Source: Deltaproteobacteria bacterium
GTDB lineage: Bacteria; Desulfobacterota; Deferrimicrobia; Deferrimicrobiales; Deferrimicrobiaceae
Assembly: GCA_016220005.1 (NCBI GenBank)
Contig: JACRIV010000079.1
Span: 1 to 61,903, forward strand
Length of the DNA stretch: 61,903 nucleotides
Direction: 5' to 3'
Position numbers and translations under genes: made by a program
Shown: piece after piece, positions 58,264 to 61,903 of the stretch
How positions within the stretch are numbered: position 1 is the stretch's first letter
How the letters are laid out: each line of letters begins with the position of its first letter
Notes under the pieces: generated by a model
Database searches by the model: none
The model's input: the letters and a program-made list of their open reading frames with translations, nothing else
What the model was told of the DNA's origin: nothing

Positions 58264-59654
58264 ACGTCCCCCCGGATCCGGATTTCCGCGGACGCCCGGC
58301 CCTTCATCGCCCTCAGGAACTGCTCCCGGCGGACGGAGGACTCCTTCTCGCCCATCAGGGCGCGGGTGATCCTCTTCCCCTCCTCCACACCCGGCTGGTC
58401 GAAGGCGTCGATCCCCGCGATCTCACCGACGACGGCGGTCACCCATTCCCAGAAATGGAGGAAGGCGCCGAGGTGCGCCTCGTCCCCCGCGCCGATCTCG
58501 ATCCGGACGATGGGGCGGCCAGCGTTCCAGAGCGCGCCGATCGTGCCGTCGAACTCCGCGTCGAACAGGTCGCGCAGGGGCCTGCCGCCGAGCATGGCCA
58601 TCTCCGGCGCGAACCCCGCCCGGGGCACGTCCCCCCTTTCGCTTCCTTTCATCCACTTGATGAAGGTGAACACCTTGTCCGGCGGGCCGTCCTGGTAAAG
58701 CTGTACCTGCGAATGCTGGTCGGTGACGCCGACCGCCCGCGCGGGGGTCTGCCCCACGGGAGTCCCGTCGGGCCGCTTCTTGCCCAGGCTCTCGGCCCAG
58801 AGCTGCTGCCACCACTCCGCCATCCGTTCCAACCCCTGCCCGTAGGTGAGCCACACGTGGACGGGTTTCGGGTTCACAAGCATGTAGTGGGAGTAGACGG
58901 CCGCGGAAAACAGGACCGGGTTCTCTTCCGGCTTCCTCTTCCGGAAAGCCGTCTCCATCCAACGCGCCCCGGCGAGGAGCCTCTCCGTTGAGACGCCCGC
59001 CGCGGCAAGTGGAAGGAGCCCCACGGGCGACAGGACGGAGAACCGCCCCCCCACGTTGGGCGGCACGGGAAAGGACCGGAAGCTTTCCTCCCGGGCCATC
59101 CGGCGGAAGATCCCCTTCTCCGGGTCGGTGACGAGGATCAAGTGGTCCTTCCATTTTCGCCCGTTGGCCTTCTTCAGGGCGTCGATGGCGATCGACAGCT
59201 GGGCGTTCGTTTCCGCCGTCCCCCCCGACTTGCTGATGGCGACGACCGCCGTGCTTTTCATCGGGTGCGTGCGCAGCAGCGGGAAGAACCCGTCGGGATC
59301 GACGTTGTCGGCGACGGTCAGCGCGAGCCCTTTGCGCGCTCCCGGGCCGCCGACCCCCTCGAGGACCGCCTTGGTCCCCAGGGCGGACCCGCCGATCCCC
59401 AGCACGAGCATATGGGTGAACCGCCGGCGCAGCTTCGCCGCGTCCCGGGAGATCCGGCGCACCTCCTTCACCATGAAAGGCAGGTCCGGGAAACCGATCT
59501 CTCCCGAGGCGTGCCTCCGGGCGGCCGCCAGGGCGCCCTTCTCGGCCCTGCGGAGCGCCCTGCCGAGCTGCCCGGCCGTCATCCCCTCCCCGCTGCGGAG
59601 GTTGCTCTCCCGCACGAGGGAAAAGTCGAAGCGAAAATCGAGCCCTTTGCCCAA
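58260..59654 (-). CDS. pgi: Glucose-6-phosphate isomerase
   Basis: GIGGS, SKSGGT, GGRFSV, QLWAESLGK, DQHS, FDQPGVEEGK. Confidence 0.93.
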   Translation of the reverse strand: MGKGLDFRFDFSLVRESNLRSGEGMTAGQLGRALRRAEKGALAAARRHASGEIGFPDLPFMVKEVRRISRDAAKLRRRFTHMLVLGIGGSALGTKAVLEGVGGPGARKGLALTVADNVDPDGFFPLLRTHPMKSTAVVAISKSGGTAETNAQLSIAIDALKKANGRKWKDHLILVTDPEKGIFRRMAREESFRSFPVPPNVGGRFSVLSPVGLLPLAAAGVSTERLLAGARWMETAFRKRKPEENPVLFSAAVYSHYMLVNPKPVHVWLTYGQGLERMAEWWQQLWAESLGKKRPDGTPVGQTPARAVGVTDQHSQVQLYQDGPPDKVFTFIKWMKGSERGDVPRAGFAPEMAMLGGRPLRDLFDAEFDGTIGALWNAGRPIVRIEIGAGDEAHLGAFLHFWEWVTAVVGEIAGIDAFDQPGVEEGKRITRALMGEKESSVRREQFLRAMKGRASAEIRIRGDV

Positions 59655-59708
59655 GATCCCCCCTTGCCTCCGATTTTCAGCGGGATGGCCGCCCCGCCGC
59701 CGCGCCTT

Positions 59709-60830
59709 TCATGCCTTGACCTCTTCCTTGCCCGAGAGCACCTTGAACTTGGAGTCCATCTTCTTCAGCCGCTCCACGATCCCCCCGTATTCCAACTCGC
59801 TGTAGGGCAGCATCGCGGGGCCGAAGAACCCCTGACGGCGCAAGTCCTCGGACTTCGCCGAGACCTTCGTGCGGACGTACTCCCAGTAGGGATGATCGAA
59901 GGGGTCGGCCGGCTCCGTCAGCTTGCCGTTCTTGACGCAGAAGGCGAGGCAGGAGACGATCGGCGGGCCGTCGAAGAAGGAGGTGCCCGTGTTGCGCGGC
60001 ACCGGCATCAGCGCCCCGTGGTGGCTGCCCCGCATGAACCCGGCGACGTAATGGCCGATGGTGAAGGGTGCGAGTACTTCGCCGGTGGCCGGGAAGTTCC
60101 CCTGGACCCGGACGAGCATGACGGGGTCGTCCTTACCGGTGTATTTCCCGGCGATGTTGTGCAGGCGGGTCGTGCTGACGGAGACCGCGATCTCCCCCGT
60201 CGCCCGGGACCGGATCGACTCGACGACGAACCGCTCCTGGTCGCGCAACAGGGCCGCGATGTCGTAGAGGTCTTCGGGGGCGGAAAGATCGATGACCCGG
60301 TCCCCCTCCGTGTTCTCGACGTCCATGATCCGGAAGGTGAACCCCGTCCCTATCTTGGGGGAGAGGATGAGCCCTGCGCTGAACATCGGGTCCGCGAAGG
60401 CAAGGTAGCACGGCAGGTTGTAGGCGCCGGGGTCGGTCTTGTCGGCGGCGAAGAGCAGGAACGGCTCGTTGGGCCGCTCTTCGAACGATATTTCGGCCAC
60501 GGCGGGCCCCATCCCCTTGACGTTGCCGGAGAAGGAGTCCTTGAGGAGGTCCTGTCCGGCGCCGTAGAGGCCCTGCGCCTTGGCCACCTCCGTCCCCGCA
60601 AGGAAGGTGTCCCAGGCGAGCTTGTGGACCTTCTCGTTCAGGACGCCGCCCGTATGGGTCATCAAGATGGCGATGTCGTCCCCCGTGTACCCGATGTAGG
60701 AGTCGATCAGAAGGTTCTTCCCGAGGTCCCGCACCTTGCTGCGGACCTCTTCGACGAGCTGGGCGCTGGGCCGGATGTGGCCGCCGATGGAGCCGATGTC
60801 CGCTTTGATGACGGATAGAGTGATCTTCAT
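59709..60830 (-). CDS. fbp: Bifunctional fructose-1,6-bisphosphate aldolase/phosphatase (class V)
   Basis: KADIGSIGGH, GDDI, YGAGQDLL, GKYTGKDDP, GFMRGSH. Confidence 0.92.
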   Translation of the reverse strand: MKITLSVIKADIGSIGGHIRPSAQLVEEVRSKVRDLGKNLLIDSYIGYTGDDIAILMTHTGGVLNEKVHKLAWDTFLAGTEVAKAQGLYGAGQDLLKDSFSGNVKGMGPAVAEISFEERPNEPFLLFAADKTDPGAYNLPCYLAFADPMFSAGLILSPKIGTGFTFRIMDVENTEGDRVIDLSAPEDLYDIAALLRDQERFVVESIRSRATGEIAVSVSTTRLHNIAGKYTGKDDPVMLVRVQGNFPATGEVLAPFTIGHYVAGFMRGSHHGALMPVPRNTGTSFFDGPPIVSCLAFCVKNGKLTEPADPFDHPYWEYVRTKVSAKSEDLRRQGFFGPAMLPYSELEYGGIVERLKKMDSKFKVLSGKEEVKA

Positions 60831-60847
60831 CGTTTGCCTCCTCCTGC

Positions 60848-61816
60848 TTATGATTGTTTCCCTGCAAGCATGCCTCGATACCACTCCACGAATCGTTCCA
60901 CGCCCGTCTCCACGGGCGTCTTCGGGTCGTAGCCGATCTCGGCCCGGGCCCGGCTGATGTTCGCGAAGGTGACGGGGACGTCCCCGGGCTGCGGAGGCAG
61001 GAATTTAAGTCTCGCGGGAATGCCCGTGGCGTGCGAAAGCAGGCCCACCAGGTCTTCCAGCGAGATCGTTCGGGATTCCCCGAGGTTGTACACGCGGAAC
61101 CCGGGCGGGGCTTCGAGGCTCCCGAGGACCCCGCTCACGATGTCATCGATATAAGTGTAATCCCGGCGGCTTGAGCCGTCGCCGTAGACCTCGATCTCTC
61201 TTCCCTCGAAGAGGCGGCGGGTGAACTTGTGGATCGCCATCTCGGGGCGCTGCCTCGGCCCGTACACGGTGAAGAACCGGAGGGAGGCGATGTTCATCCC
61301 GTAGAGATGAGCCCAGGTGTGGCAGAGCAGCTCGCCGGCCTTCTTGGTCGCCGCATAAGGGCTCACGGGATGGTCGACGACATCGTTCTCCGAAAAGGGG
61401 ACTTTCGCGTTCCCCCCGTATACAGAGGAAGAGGAGGCGAATAGAACTTGGGGTACGGAACGCTCTCTTGCGAATTCGAGGACCTGTATGGTACCCATGA
61501 CGTTCACGTCGGCGTAGCCGGCCGGGTCCGCGACCGAGGGGCGGACGCCCGCTTTCGCCGCCAGGTGGACCAGGGAGTCTACGGATTCCCCCCTGCCCCA
61601 GAGGGAGAGCGCTCCGGGGTCCCGGATGTCCCCTTCCTCGAAACGGAAACCGGGAAACTCCCGGAGGGCGGCGAGGTTGCGCTCCTTCAGGGCACGGTCA
61701 TAGAAAGGATCGAAGTTGTCCAGGCCGAAGACGCAGTCGCCGCGCCGCAGCAACGTTTCCGCCACGTGGGAACCGATGAAGCCGGCCACCCCGGTGATGA
61801 AGACGGATTTCGGCAA
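60848..61816 (-). CDS. NAD-dependent epimerase (UDP-glucuronate 4-epimerase-like)
   Basis: TGVAGFIG, HLAAKAGVR, ASSSSVYG, YAATK, RFFTVYGP. Confidence 0.9.
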   Translation of the reverse strand: MPKSVFITGVAGFIGSHVAETLLRRGDCVFGLDNFDPFYDRALKERNLAALREFPGFRFEEGDIRDPGALSLWGRGESVDSLVHLAAKAGVRPSVADPAGYADVNVMGTIQVLEFARERSVPQVLFASSSSVYGGNAKVPFSENDVVDHPVSPYAATKKAGELLCHTWAHLYGMNIASLRFFTVYGPRQRPEMAIHKFTRRLFEGREIEVYGDGSSRRDYTYIDDIVSGVLGSLEAPPGFRVYNLGESRTISLEDLVGLLSHATGIPARLKFLPPQPGDVPVTFANISRARAEIGYDPKTPVETGVERFVEWYRGMLAGKQS

Positions 61817-61903
61817 CCGGTCCTCCTGCGCCGCAGGGACATCGATCGTTTACTCATACTACCATTTTTCCCCGCAGGGGAAGCAAGCGGGCCGGCCCGG
61901 GCC

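Overview
High-GC bacterial chromosome segment. Gene content and order suggest a Deltaproteobacteria/Desulfobacterota-like organism, possibly Deferrimicrobium-like (inference). From left to right: (1) 1-2090, a small accessory region at the 3' end of tRNA-fMet with aldo/keto reductases, an NmrA-like remnant and a SnoaL-like protein; (2) a tetraheme cytochrome c and a diguanylate cyclase; (3) core genes rluB-scpB-scpA-trpS-site-2 protease-CBS/tRNA nucleotidyltransferase, a DUF815-type ATPase and sdhCAB; (4) a ~20 kb anaerobic cobalamin operon on the minus strand behind a cobalamin riboswitch, carrying a 35-aa peptide missing from the ORF track and a radical SAM/SPASM enzyme (CbpA/CbpB-like) next to the cobalt chelatase and CbiMNQO; (5) core genes xerD, glnD, amidase, mutS, HIT, ihfB, sppA, rpsA, ispH, cmk, aroA, tyrA, aroF, pheA, accA, miaA, mutL, pgi, FBP aldolase/phosphatase and an epimerase. 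The most interesting signals are the B12-regulated peptide/rSAM pair, a nested-palindrome repeat family (one intergenic array, one in-frame insertion in the amidase), two structured intergenic elements with ANGGAN hairpin loops, and three conserved genes (scpA, mutL, cbiH) with no canonical start codon at their expected N-terminus. All calls come from manual reading; no database searches or folding programs were run.
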